From IMG/VR virus record IMGVR_UViG_3300005613_000358, positions 1 to 26,354 of that record: DNA of 26,354 nucleotides; one strand, given 5' to 3'. The position numbers and the translations under genes were made by a program. Numbering within the stretch: the first letter of the stretch is position 1; each line of letters starts with the position of its first letter. This DNA is from a virus (lineage: Duplodnaviria; Caudoviricetes). Under the pieces are notes generated by a model. The model was not told the DNA's origin. It saw nothing but the letters and a program-made list of their open reading frames with translations, and did not search any database. This document shows, one piece after another, positions 7,760 through 16,489 of this stretch.

Positions 7760-9606
7760 TATGGTATTGCTCCTAAATTTTGACCTACATAACCATCTGT
7801 AGCAATTTTAACTTTTGCTTCACCTTTTTTCTTAGCTACTTTTTCTATTGAAACATTTGTTCCAGGATCAGTAGAAACTTTTAAATTTATATCTGTCTGA
7901 GATTCTCCCCATCCTCCAGTAGCTCCACCAATCAAATTTTTTCTTGCAATATCAATTCTTTCTCTAGCAGCAGCTCTAATCTTTTTTCTAGCAACGGTCA
8001 GATCTTCTTTGGGAATAATTCCGGTATCGGTAACAGTGGATATTGATTTTACTCCTTTAGGTAAGGCCTCTTCTTCACGCCATCGAGGAAGTATTTTTAA
8101 CAATGATTTTATATAATCTATCATAATTTTTACATTCTCTATTTTATTCTTCCAAAAATCATCAAGAAAAATACCTAAATCTTTCCAATTTGCATATAAT
8201 GAATATCCTAAAGATATTAAACCTGTTAAAGCCAAAGCTAATGGAGCTACTGCTATTAAAGATGCTCCTATAGCTGCAGCAAAACCAGCCATAGCAATTT
8301 TTATAGCCACAAGTCCAGCTAAAAAAGTAGGCCATACAATCATAGCTTGACCTATAATAGCAACGAATGATCCCAAAGCTATTAATAATGGTCCCATTAC
8401 AGCAGCTATTCCAGCAATTACAATACCAAATGTTAATAATTTTGGATTTGCTTTTGCTATTTGTCTTAACCATAACGTAAATTTAGTTAGAACTTTTGTA
8501 ATAAAATCTCCTAAACCACTATCAACTATAGCTAATTGAACTGATTCAAATGCTGATGCTAAATTAAAAAATACACCAGGTAACCCTCTCATCTGCATTT
8601 CTGCAACTCTAGCAGCAGTACCTTCTTCTTTTAATTTCTCTACAAATTCTTCTATACTTGTAGTTCCTTGAGTTATCAAAACAGCCAATGCTGGACCAGC
8701 CCTATCTCCAACCATCTCAGCAATTTCTGCTGCCGTAGCTCCGGCTTCTTCTAATTCTTTTATAGCATGAACTATATCAAAAACACCTCTTGCTCCTTCT
8801 TGTTCTGCTTTATCTCCAGAATTTTGTAATTGAACACCTAATTCTTTCATTAAATCAGAAGATTTTTTAGTAGGATTTTGAAGACGTAATAACATACCTC
8901 GCATAGCAGTACCGGCCATAGTGCCTTGAATACCTGCATCACCCATTTTAGCAATCAATGCTGCAGTAGTTTCAAAATCTATACCAGCCCCTTTAGCTAT
9001 TGGACCAGCATATTTAAAAGATTCACCTAACATCTGTAAATCAACATTAGCATTAGTAAAAGCATTTACCAAAACATCATTAATTTTACCTAGATCTTTT
9101 GCTTCTTTTCCATAACCTTTCATAATATTCGTAGAAATATTAGCAGCTGTTCCCATATCTAACTGAGCAGAAGCAGCCAATTCTAATACATAAGGCATAG
9201 CATCAAATATTTCTTGAACATTTAAACCAGACATACCAAGAAATTTCATAGCCTCAGCTGCTTGAGTAGCACTAAATCTAGTAGTTGCTCCCAATTCTTT
9301 AGCTTGATTATTTAACTTTTCAAAATCAGATTCAGTAGCATCTGTAACAGCTCGAACCATATTCATTGCTTCTTGAAAATTTCTAGCCGATCTTAATGCC
9401 AATCCTCCAAAGGCAGTTATAGGTAGAGTAAGTTTCATAGACATAGTTTTACCTATATCTTTCATTTTTTTACCTACACCAACAAGAGAAGCTCCAACCT
9501 TTTTACTGACCTTAGCAAAATCTCGCATTGACTTTGACATCTTCTTAAGCGGTCGTGATAATTTATCAATCGCATTGAATAAAACACTAATACTAAAATT
9601 TGCCAT
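7759..9606 (-). CDS. Tail tape measure protein (TP901-type core)
   Basis: AKELGATTRFSATQAAEAMKFLGMSG, LGESFKYAGP, GIQGTMAGTAMR, hydrophobic segments; follows the chaperone. Confidence 0.95.
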   Translation of the reverse strand: MANFSISVLFNAIDKLSRPLKKMSKSMRDFAKVSKKVGASLVGVGKKMKDIGKTMSMKLTLPITAFGGLALRSARNFQEAMNMVRAVTDATESDFEKLNNQAKELGATTRFSATQAAEAMKFLGMSGLNVQEIFDAMPYVLELAASAQLDMGTAANISTNIMKGYGKEAKDLGKINDVLVNAFTNANVDLQMLGESFKYAGPIAKGAGIDFETTAALIAKMGDAGIQGTMAGTAMRGMLLRLQNPTKKSSDLMKELGVQLQNSGDKAEQEGARGVFDIVHAIKELEEAGATAAEIAEMVGDRAGPALAVLITQGTTSIEEFVEKLKEEGTAARVAEMQMRGLPGVFFNLASAFESVQLAIVDSGLGDFITKVLTKFTLWLRQIAKANPKLLTFGIVIAGIAAVMGPLLIALGSFVAIIGQAMIVWPTFLAGLVAIKIAMAGFAAAIGASLIAVAPLALALTGLISLGYSLYANWKDLGIFLDDFWKNKIENVKIMIDYIKSLLKILPRWREEEALPKGVKSISTVTDTGIIPKEDLTVARKKIRAAARERIDIARKNLIGGATGGWGESQTDINLKVSTDPGTNVSIEKVAKKKGEAKVKIATDGYVGQNLGAIP

Positions 9607-9609
9607 AAT

Positions 9610-9759
9610 TTATTTTTTCCATTTATCTAATAATATAATCCCATCATTCCAAAATTCTAAGTCCCATGTATTCATATTCCATATTTGATCTGGTTGAAAA
9701 CGATATATATACGTTAACATTATTATTTGTTCTTTCCAATCTACAGGGACTTCGGCAAA
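9610..9759 (-). CDS. -1 frameshift extension of the tail assembly chaperone (P2 gpE-prime / lambda gpT equivalent)
   Basis: The -1 frame is open for 49 aa (FAEVPVDWKEQIIMLTYIYRFQPDQIWNMNTWDLEFWNDGIILLDKWKK) and stops 3 nt before the tape measure ATG. Confidence 0.85.
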   Translation of the reverse strand, partial: FAEVPVDWKEQIIMLTYIYRFQPDQIWNMNTWDLEFWNDGIILLDKWKK

Positions 9760-10058
9760 AAAGGGGACATTTTCTCCATAATTTCATCCAAATCTCTAAA
9801 GTCTATTTGTTCAGCAGATTCTATTGGAATATTTGCTGAAGAGGCTACCATAGGGATGAATGCTTCAGGAGCAAAATTTCCATTTTTATCTATACAACCA
9901 ACTGGTAGATTTCTTAAATCTTTTAATAATAATCTACCTAATTCTAATTCAACAATTTCTTCTTCTTTTTCTACAGCTTTACCATCAGTAATAATTGTTC
10001 TTTTAATAGTAATGGGATATTGTAATATTGCTTTTATTTTTTTATTTATATTATCCAT
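9741..10058 (-). CDS. Tail assembly chaperone (Mu gp41 / P2 gpE-like)
   Basis: LQYPIT...ELELGRLLLKDLR...QIDFRDLDEI; lies between tube and tape measure. Confidence 0.88.
   Translation of the reverse strand: MDNINKKIKAILQYPITIKRTIITDGKAVEKEEEIVELELGRLLLKDLRNLPVGCIDKNGNFAPEAFIPMVASSANIPIESAEQIDFRDLDEIMEKMSPFLPKSL
9756..9766 (-). promoter_or_regulatory. Programmed -1 ribosomal frameshift slippery site CCCCTTTTTTG
   Basis: Overlapping heptamers C CCT TTT and T TTT TTG a few codons before the chaperone stop. Confidence 0.85.
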
Positions 10059-10076
10059 TTTTTACTTTCTTAAAAA

Positions 10077-10148
10077 TCGGGATGGGTGGATTTGCACCAC
10101 CGACATCTGGTTCCCAAAACCAGGACTCTCCTACTGAGCTACACCCCG
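10077..10148 (-). tRNA. tRNA-Pro(UGG), no encoded CCA, T-loop TGCAAAT
   Basis: Cloverleaf: acceptor CGGGGTG/CATCCCG with discriminator A; D stem GCTC/GAGT; anticodon stem CTGGT/ACCAG with loop TTTGGGA; T stem GGTGG/CCACC. C1:G72 and A73 are bacterial Pro identity features. Confidence 0.93.
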
Positions 10149-10157
10149 TATTATTTT

Positions 10158-10191
10158 TATAGATAGCTAACAATAATATTAGCTATCTATA
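10158..10191. terminator. Perfect 13-bp hairpin after the tail tube gene (terminator, stabiliser or processing site)
   Basis: tatagatagctaa-N8-ttagctatctata; no U-tract follows on the coding strand. Confidence 0.55.
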
Positions 10192-10199
10192 TTTAAAAT

Positions 10200-10589
10200 T
10201 TATTGTTTTGTTTCTACCCAATAAGGACCTTCAAAAACTACTGTTACTTCACCTTCACCTCCAGTTAATGAAAAGTTTCTCAAACAAGTAGCACCATCCA
10301 TTGTATATGATTTCCCACTCCCACCAGCACTTCTAAATATAATTGTTCCATCTCCATCTATTCTAGCAAGGGTATCTAACATAATATCATCCCTATCAGT
10401 TATAGTTACTTCACATTTAGCAACAATGGGTTTTTCAGTATATCCATGTATTCCAGTATCTCCTATAACAGCTTCTTTCTCAAAATTAGGCTCTCCAGAT
10501 AAACCGATACCACTAGCCACTGCACCAGCTTTATTCAATAAGGTTAAACCATTAGCAATAATTTGAATTCTTCCTGTAATCTTCGCCAT
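10200..10589 (-). CDS. Tail tube protein, Mu gpM-like
   Basis: KITGRIQIIANG, KEAVIGDTGIHGYTEKP, GEVTVVFEG; directly follows the sheath; GGAGG RBS. Confidence 0.92.
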   Translation of the reverse strand: MAKITGRIQIIANGLTLLNKAGAVASGIGLSGEPNFEKEAVIGDTGIHGYTEKPIVAKCEVTITDRDDIMLDTLARIDGDGTIIFRSAGGSGKSYTMDGATCLRNFSLTGGEGEVTVVFEGPYWVETKQ

Positions 10590-10607
10590 TTATTATTCCT
10601 CCTTTCC

Positions 10608-12113
10608 TTATAAAATAAACTGAATTAAAGAAGCTAATACTCTAAATTGATTAATCAAATCAGGTGGTAATAACACATTAACTCTATTTCTATCAGTAAG
10701 ATCTCTTTCAACTACAAGATTATCAATAAAATCATCTAAATTTTCTATTAAACCTTTATCTCGTAATTGAGTAAACAAAGCTATAATTTCTTGTTTTATC
10801 ATACTAGGAGTAGCAACATAGGTTCCGGGTTGTACAGGAAATGTATCATCCGCAAGTTTAAATCTAGGAATTAAAAATCTATTAGACATTCTAGCGATAT
10901 ATTGATCTCTAATTTCACCTAATGTGGCTAAAGTATTTACGTCTAAATAACTAGGATCAGTAATACTTAATGCATTAGTTTGATAAGTAGTTATCAATCT
11001 TTCTATCATACACTTTCCACCATCACTAACTTTAAAAGTAGATATTCCATCATATAATAAAACATCTCTTTCAGCTCTAGTAAATCTATTTTCTACAGGT
11101 GGAGGTATAATTCCTTTTAACTCTATAAAATGTAATGGTCTTGCAGGATCACTGTTTAAATATTTTGCAGCTTTTGCTCCAATAGTGGCAGCCCATTCTT
11201 CTGGAGCATTTGGACTATCATACATTCCCATAATAGTATTGTGAGGTGAATTTCTACTATTTCCTAATGTAGTACAAGAAGCATTTGTTCCTCGAACACA
11301 TGTATATCCATGACCTTGCATATCAATAAGAGGACCAAATCTATCAGCTAATTCATCTTCTAATTCAGTCAAATTAGCTGAATCTATATAAGGCTGAATT
11401 ATATAATTAAATCTTTCATCATCTATTACTGCCCATACATCTCCTAAATCTGTAGTTCCAGCACCATTATCAAAACCAGTTATCTCAACAGAATCTCCGC
11501 CAGAAAAAGCAGGAGGCATTGATTGCCATGCATAGTAATTATCTCTTACATCAAGATAATTTCCTTGAGTACCACTACATACAGCCATAAGACAAACAGC
11601 AGAAGTAGCATTAGTACTAGCTGTACAAGGTAAAGTAGACTTAGCATTTACTGCATCTACTATAGCACTATTTACGTCAGTAGTACTCCATGCAGATGTT
11701 AATGCCACATCAACTCCTACACCATTTATTAATAAATAATATGTCCCCCCACCAGCACAAGAAAAATCATTTGCTGATAAAGCAACAGATGTTTGTAATT
11801 GAGCAGAAGCAGTTACAGTTCCACCACTAACTGCCATAGCATATAATTCTGTATTAGGATTGTTGTCTTTAAAAAAAGCACACATTCTAGCTAATTCAGA
11901 ACCATTTCCAAAATATCCTTCAGCCATATTATCTTGAGAAATAGCATGAAGTGTCCAAAAATCTTTAGTCATTTCAGATTCTATAGCATTTCCTAAAATT
12001 AAAACTTTATGAGGATTTTGAACTAATCCTTTTAATGCTCTAGAATTGTCTATCTCTGCATGTACACCAGGAGTACGAATTGTATTTGGTATGTTTGCTA
12101 TATTAATTGCCAT
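10608..12113 (-). CDS. Contractile tail sheath protein, Mu gpL-like
   Basis: IPNTIRTPGVHAEIDNSRA, FGNGSELARM, DPARPL, IERLITTYQ, SYLDVNTLATL, RVNVLLPPDLINQFRV. Confidence 0.96.
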   Translation of the reverse strand: MAINIANIPNTIRTPGVHAEIDNSRALKGLVQNPHKVLILGNAIESEMTKDFWTLHAISQDNMAEGYFGNGSELARMCAFFKDNNPNTELYAMAVSGGTVTASAQLQTSVALSANDFSCAGGGTYYLLINGVGVDVALTSAWSTTDVNSAIVDAVNAKSTLPCTASTNATSAVCLMAVCSGTQGNYLDVRDNYYAWQSMPPAFSGGDSVEITGFDNGAGTTDLGDVWAVIDDERFNYIIQPYIDSANLTELEDELADRFGPLIDMQGHGYTCVRGTNASCTTLGNSRNSPHNTIMGMYDSPNAPEEWAATIGAKAAKYLNSDPARPLHFIELKGIIPPPVENRFTRAERDVLLYDGISTFKVSDGGKCMIERLITTYQTNALSITDPSYLDVNTLATLGEIRDQYIARMSNRFLIPRFKLADDTFPVQPGTYVATPSMIKQEIIALFTQLRDKGLIENLDDFIDNLVVERDLTDRNRVNVLLPPDLINQFRVLASLIQFIL

Positions 12114-12115
12114 AA

Positions 12116-12349
12116 TTATTTCCTCCTTTTACTTTTTTTCTCTTTCTCTACTTTCTCTACTTTAGGTATCGCAAGAGGAGCTTCTCCTAAAGATATATCA
12201 CCACATATTAATCTTCTTCTCCAATAACGACCTTCAGGACCAGTCCAAGGTTTATAACAACCTATTATAGGAAGAGGAGTTTTTGTTCTAGGATCTCTAA
12301 CCAAAAGATCTCTTCTTGGTATAACCCATTTATTATATCCATTTGACAT
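12116..12349 (-). CDS. DUF2635 / Mu gp38-like protein
   Basis: LLVRDPRTKTPLP...YWRRRLICGDI immediately upstream of the sheath. Confidence 0.85.
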   Translation of the reverse strand: MSNGYNKWVIPRRDLLVRDPRTKTPLPIIGCYKPWTGPEGRYWRRRLICGDISLGEAPLAIPKVEKVEKEKKSKRRK

Positions 12350-12372
12350 TTAATTCTCCTTATATTATTTTA

Positions 12373-13011
12373 TTATCCAGTATAAACATCAAAAATTACA
12401 TTAAAAGCCTTATCAAATGCTCCTCCATTAGGATCTATAGTAAGGTCTATACTACTTTCCATAGACGGAGTAAATCCGGTAACAGGTAAATATTCTTTGA
12501 TTGGTATCTCTACATTTGGAGATAAAACCCATTGATTATATAAAGTATCAAAACTATCTGTACTTCCCATTGAAATTCCATCATCATTATCAATTCTAAT
12601 TTTATAGTTAAATTTAAATTGATACCATAAATAAGCAGGATTAATATCTAATAATTTTCCATTACCGTAAGAAATTGGATCTTCATAACCAGTAGGCAAC
12701 CATCCTAATATAGCTTTCCATATTTCTGCTCTAATAGAATGTAATCTGTCATAAGCAATTAATCCTAATTTATTACTTGCAGATATATCATTTTTTAAAG
12801 CAACAACTACTCCGAAACTCTCTGTAATTTTTTGATCTATTCCCATATCTAATTTATTATCAGTTGCATTATCTGCTAAAGGAATAACAAATGCCATTTC
12901 ACGAGTCAATGTAGAACTCAAAGCCAAAGCAAGTTGAGCAGCACCACCAATCAAATCACCAAAAGAAGTATCAGCATTTCTTAATTTTAAAACAATTTGT
13001 CCTATTAACAT
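12373..13011 (-). CDS. Tail terminator/completion protein (Mu gp37-like position)
   Basis: IGGAAQL, AFVIPLAD, QKITESFGVVVAL, IRAEIWKAILGW, GKLLDINPAYLWYQFKF. Confidence 0.75.
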   Translation of the reverse strand: MLIGQIVLKLRNADTSFGDLIGGAAQLALALSSTLTREMAFVIPLADNATDNKLDMGIDQKITESFGVVVALKNDISASNKLGLIAYDRLHSIRAEIWKAILGWLPTGYEDPISYGNGKLLDINPAYLWYQFKFNYKIRIDNDDGISMGSTDSFDTLYNQWVLSPNVEIPIKEYLPVTGFTPSMESSIDLTIDPNGGAFDKAFNVIFDVYTG

Positions 13012-13024
13012 ATATTTTAATTCC

Positions 13025-13387
13025 TTAAATTCTCAATTTCTGGTATATAATAATCTTAACTTCATTTGAAAATGATGATTCTCTTCCCAAATTATCAACA
13101 GAAGATACTACATAATAATAATATTTCCCATAATCTAATCCATAATCTATATAAAATTCATAATCTATTGTCATTCTCTGACATATAAGATTATATGGAC
13201 CTTCTGGAAAAAAACTTCTATAAATATTGTAATATTGTACTCCAGGAACATGAGTCCAAATTAAATAAATACTATCATCTATTTCTCCTACTATATATAA
13301 ATCAAATATAGTTTGATCTTGAGCTTTAATTTGAACAAATGAAAATAACATAAATAAAATTATTATTATCTTTAAAAATTTTTTCAT
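13025..13387 (-). CDS. Signal-peptide-bearing fibronectin type III domain protein
   Basis: MKKFLKIIIILFMLFSFVQIKA signal peptide; LIW...YNIYRS...YIDYGLDYGKYYYYVVSSVDNLGRESSFSNEV is an FN3 signature. Confidence 0.8.
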   Translation of the reverse strand: MKKFLKIIIILFMLFSFVQIKAQDQTIFDLYIVGEIDDSIYLIWTHVPGVQYYNIYRSFFPEGPYNLICQRMTIDYEFYIDYGLDYGKYYYYVVSSVDNLGRESSFSNEVKIIIYQKLRI

Positions 13388-13398
13388 ATTATTTCCTT

Positions 13399-13866
13399 TT
13401 ATTTAATTGATTTTCTTATCGCATTCATTACTTTATTTTCTATAGTAGGTGTTAATTTTGTTAAAGCTGGCTGCATATATGGTCTAGGTAATAGATTAAC
13501 AGTTGTTTCACTACTCCACCAGTCAACTCCTTCTTCTAAAAATTTAGGGTAATCAGGATCTTTTATAGTCGAACCTATTTCAACTGTTCCTTGAAGACTA
13601 TTTATATCTATTTCAAAACTATTAGCTAAATCACCAGAATCTTTTCTAGGAGGATATCCAGGAGCAGAAGCAATATGAGTTTTTCCTCCACGTTTATAAG
13701 GAAATCCAATAGCGGGAGAATTACCCATAGAATCAATCATTTCATTTCTCAAATCACTAGCAGATTCAACTAAAGCAGCTATTACATTATCATTTACTTT
13801 CTCAGGAATATTATCAAATTTAACTAAAATTCTTTTGAAATCAGGTATTGTAACTTTCATTGACAT
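13399..13866 (-). CDS. HK97 gp10-like neck/tail component
   Basis: HIASAPGYPPRKDSGDLANS, YPKFLEEG, PRPYMQPAL. Confidence 0.88.
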   Translation of the reverse strand: MSMKVTIPDFKRILVKFDNIPEKVNDNVIAALVESASDLRNEMIDSMGNSPAIGFPYKRGGKTHIASAPGYPPRKDSGDLANSFEIDINSLQGTVEIGSTIKDPDYPKFLEEGVDWWSSETTVNLLPRPYMQPALTKLTPTIENKVMNAIRKSIK

Positions 13867-13887
13867 AGTAGTATATGATCCCTTCCC

Positions 13888-14334
13888 TTACTCAGAAAAA
13901 CCAGTTCCATGTTCTTCCATTTCTGTAACAGATACTAAATAATAGTTATCATCTTCTTTATAATTTATAACATCTTTTATTTTAAATAATCTACCTTTAC
14001 TACTAGAATATCTCTTCATAAAAATAAAACAATTAGACTTTAATAAATTCAAATCAGACATACTATCAAATGCTATAGAATAAGCTTTGGTATACTCTTT
14101 TCCTATACTAGTAAGTCCAACTCTCCTAATCTTAAATATATGGGTAATAATATCATTAACTTGCACATTTCTTATATATTTATTTCCAGAACTTTTATAA
14201 GAAACAGTTTCAATTCCTGCCCATACAGAAACTAAAGTAGTATAAGATCTATCAAATCCACCACTAGAATTACTTGATTGTATAGCACGTTTAATATCAA
14301 TTCGCCGATTTAAATCTTTTACTATCCATGTCAT
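13888..14334 (-). CDS. Head-closure protein (SPP1 gp16 / HK97 gp7-like)
   Basis: LNRRIDIKR...GGF...VWAGIE...THIFKIR...GRLFKIKDVIN. Confidence 0.85.
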   Translation of the reverse strand: MTWIVKDLNRRIDIKRAIQSSNSSGGFDRSYTTLVSVWAGIETVSYKSSGNKYIRNVQVNDIITHIFKIRRVGLTSIGKEYTKAYSIAFDSMSDLNLLKSNCFIFMKRYSSSKGRLFKIKDVINYKEDDNYYLVSVTEMEEHGTGFSE

Positions 14335-14927
14335 ATTCTAATTATCCTATAAAATCTTTCTAATAAAGAAATCACATCACTTGGTGGTTTCTCTGTTAAC
14401 ATTCTAGTTTCATAATAAATAGCACACCATAATTTCATTGAATCTTTAATAATTTGAGGTACATCAGATGGATACCCATATCCTGCAAGATATACTATTC
14501 TATATCCACCATGATATCTATCAGAATTATAAGGAGCAGTAACTCCATTTTTTAATACTAACTCTCCAGGTTCAATATCCGTATGAACATAATAATTATC
14601 ACTATCATATACAGTTTCAACATCATCTTCATCTATTGTAGACACACTAGTAATAGATATTAAAGGAGGCATTGGTAATTCAATTACAGTTCCTGGCCAG
14701 AAATCCATTTGCAAAGTTATAGTTTGAGATATCAAAGCTCTTTTTAAATACGATTCCATTGCCTCCCTAATAGTTCTTATGAAACCTTCTAATAAAACAT
14801 CATCTTCAGTTCCATCTATTCTAGCAAATGATTTAAGCTCATCCAAAGTAATAGGTTCGATAATAGGAGGAGTTGTTACTTTCCATTTTCTATTACCATG
14901 TTTATCCAATGGTTTACTTATTATCAT
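14331..14927 (-). CDS. Head-tail connector (HK97 gp6-like)
   Basis: EPITLDELKSFARID...ESYLKRALISQT...IELPMPPLISITSV...YLAGYG...VPQIIK. Confidence 0.9.
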   Translation of the reverse strand: MIISKPLDKHGNRKWKVTTPPIIEPITLDELKSFARIDGTEDDVLLEGFIRTIREAMESYLKRALISQTITLQMDFWPGTVIELPMPPLISITSVSTIDEDDVETVYDSDNYYVHTDIEPGELVLKNGVTAPYNSDRYHGGYRIVYLAGYGYPSDVPQIIKDSMKLWCAIYYETRMLTEKPPSDVISLLERFYRIIRI

Positions 14928-15274
14928 TTTTTATTACCTTTCTTTTTCTTTTTTATTAAATCAAAACGCTTTCTTTGAGATTTACTAATAAATTCTTCAG
15001 CATTAGCTCTTTCTTTATTAACATACTCATTTTTATTATTAGGAATTTTATTATTATTAGGAATTTTATTCATTGCTTTATTTTCAGGAACTTTATCTTG
15101 TGAATTATCTACAAATACATCCTTAATAGGTATTAATTTTGCAACTTTTAAAATATTAACAAATACATTTGCTAAATCATCAGGTATTATATATTTTCTT
15201 CCTTTAATAAATTCTTTAACATCAATTCCATTAATACTTCCTTTTTCTGTTTCTATCATTTCAATAAGAGGCAT
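14924..15274 (-). CDS. Hypothetical protein, 116 aa, basic C-terminus
   Basis: AGAAAGGA RBS; overlaps the next start; lies between capsid accessory genes and the connector. Confidence 0.75.
   Translation of the reverse strand: MPLIEMIETEKGSINGIDVKEFIKGRKYIIPDDLANVFVNILKVAKLIPIKDVFVDNSQDKVPENKAMNKIPNNNKIPNNKNEYVNKERANAEEFISKSQRKRFDLIKKKKKGNKK
15033..15068. repeat. 18-bp perfect tandem duplication (NKIPNN x2)
   Basis: ttattattaggaatttta at 15033 and 15051. Confidence 0.9.
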
Positions 15275-15291
15275 ATTAAAATCCTTTCTTA

Positions 15292-15804
15292 TTATACTTC
15301 AGTATGCTCTGTATAATTAGCTTCTACAACTCCCCATGATTCTGCACCTATACATACTAATTTTGCATAGCCTACAGCAGACAATTCAAAAGATGAAATC
15401 TGAACTGATCCTTGATTATACATCAAAGTACTAGTAGAAATCAATACAGATAAATTACCATCTCCTACTAATAAATCACCATTCAGCCATAAAACACAAC
15501 CACTATCTGGCATTGGTAATGTAACAGAACCTAAACTCATTGTAGTATCTCCACTCCACATATGATGTCCATAATTACAGGCTAATTGACTTACATTAAA
15601 AAATGAAACAGCTCCTGATCGATAATAATCAGTAAATGTAGTTAAACTTCTCATTAAATTCCTCATATAATCCGCAGTAAAATCTTGATCAAAAAACTGA
15701 AATTCAGATCCTGTTTCCATATTTAGTTTTCCACCCGCAGCTATAACATATTCATCTCCACCTCGTTTATGATATGTCTTAGGTTGGTATTTAGTATCTG
15801 CCAT
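15292..15804 (-). CDS. Hypothetical protein, probable capsid accessory/head fibre
   Basis: AGGAGG RBS; N-terminal YHKRGGDEYVIAAGGKL; second gene after the major capsid gene. Confidence 0.65.
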   Translation of the reverse strand: MADTKYQPKTYHKRGGDEYVIAAGGKLNMETGSEFQFFDQDFTADYMRNLMRSLTTFTDYYRSGAVSFFNVSQLACNYGHHMWSGDTTMSLGSVTLPMPDSGCVLWLNGDLLVGDGNLSVLISTSTLMYNQGSVQISSFELSAVGYAKLVCIGAESWGVVEANYTEHTEV

Positions 15805-15832
15805 AATTATTTTCCTCCTTCTCTATATTTTA

Positions 15833-15859
15833 AGAGTGAGAATTATTAGTTCCCACTCT
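15833..15859 (-). terminator. Intergenic hairpin after the putative decoration gene
   Basis: Minus strand AGAGTGGGAA-N7-TTCTCACTCT with one G-U pair; no clear U-tract. Confidence 0.5.
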
Positions 15860-15874
15860 ATTATTCAATTACTC

Positions 15875-16408
15875 TTATGCATATTCAGTTACAGGCCAAT
15901 TAGCTGGGCGACCTAATACAGCCACAGCACCAACATAAGTAGAACCACAATCAACAGTTCCTGCAGATTCAGCTACTAATCGAACATATCGTTTACTTCC
16001 TTTATATCCAAATTGCCATACTTGACTTTCAAAATCAGCTACACTTGTCCCACTAATAGATACAGCAAGAATAATACCACTTGTTAAAGCAGCACCAGAA
16101 CTACAATCTAAACAGCTAGGAATAGCTAAAAGATCATCCATTGATATATCAGCATAAGCTGAAGGTCCAAGACCTAAAACACTAGCATCTGTATGCTGCA
16201 TTCTAATATATAAAACAGAAGTAGCAGTTGCTCTACCACTAACATCCACATCACCTGTTTCTACACAAAATGTAACTGTTTCATATCCCTGAGTATCAAT
16301 ACATGGTCCATTAATCACTCCAGCCACAGGCATTGTGCCTTGATCATAAATTCCAGGTGGTAATGCTTGATAATATTTAAAATTACTAAAATCTTCTCTT
16401 ACAGCCAT
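15875..16408 (-). CDS. Probable capsid decoration/cementing protein
   Basis: Directly after the MCP; beta-rich with IDTQGYETVTF and GYKGSKRYVRL motifs typical of post-capsid genes; GGAGG RBS. Confidence 0.7.
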   Translation of the reverse strand: MAVREDFSNFKYYQALPPGIYDQGTMPVAGVINGPCIDTQGYETVTFCVETGDVDVSGRATATSVLYIRMQHTDASVLGLGPSAYADISMDDLLAIPSCLDCSSGAALTSGIILAVSISGTSVADFESQVWQFGYKGSKRYVRLVAESAGTVDCGSTYVGAVAVLGRPANWPVTEYA

Positions 16409-16440
16409 TATATATTTCCTCCATATTATTATTCTTTATA

Positions 16441-16468
16441 AATGGACTGACAAAATTATCAGTCCATT
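16441..16468. terminator. 10-bp hairpin after the major capsid gene
   Basis: aatggactga-N8-tcagtccatt. Confidence 0.6.
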
Positions 16469-16489
16469 ATTTTATTCTATTAATCAGAC

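Noticed and set aside
8162-8473. Nested 103-aa Cys-rich ORF
   Set aside because: Alternate frame of the hydrophobic part of the tape measure gene.
9727-10137. Plus-strand 136-aa ORF
   Set aside because: Antisense to the chaperone and the tRNA.
10077-10148. tRNA as prophage attachment site
   Set aside because: It is in the middle of the tail operon, with no integrase and no duplicated tRNA 3-prime end in the window.
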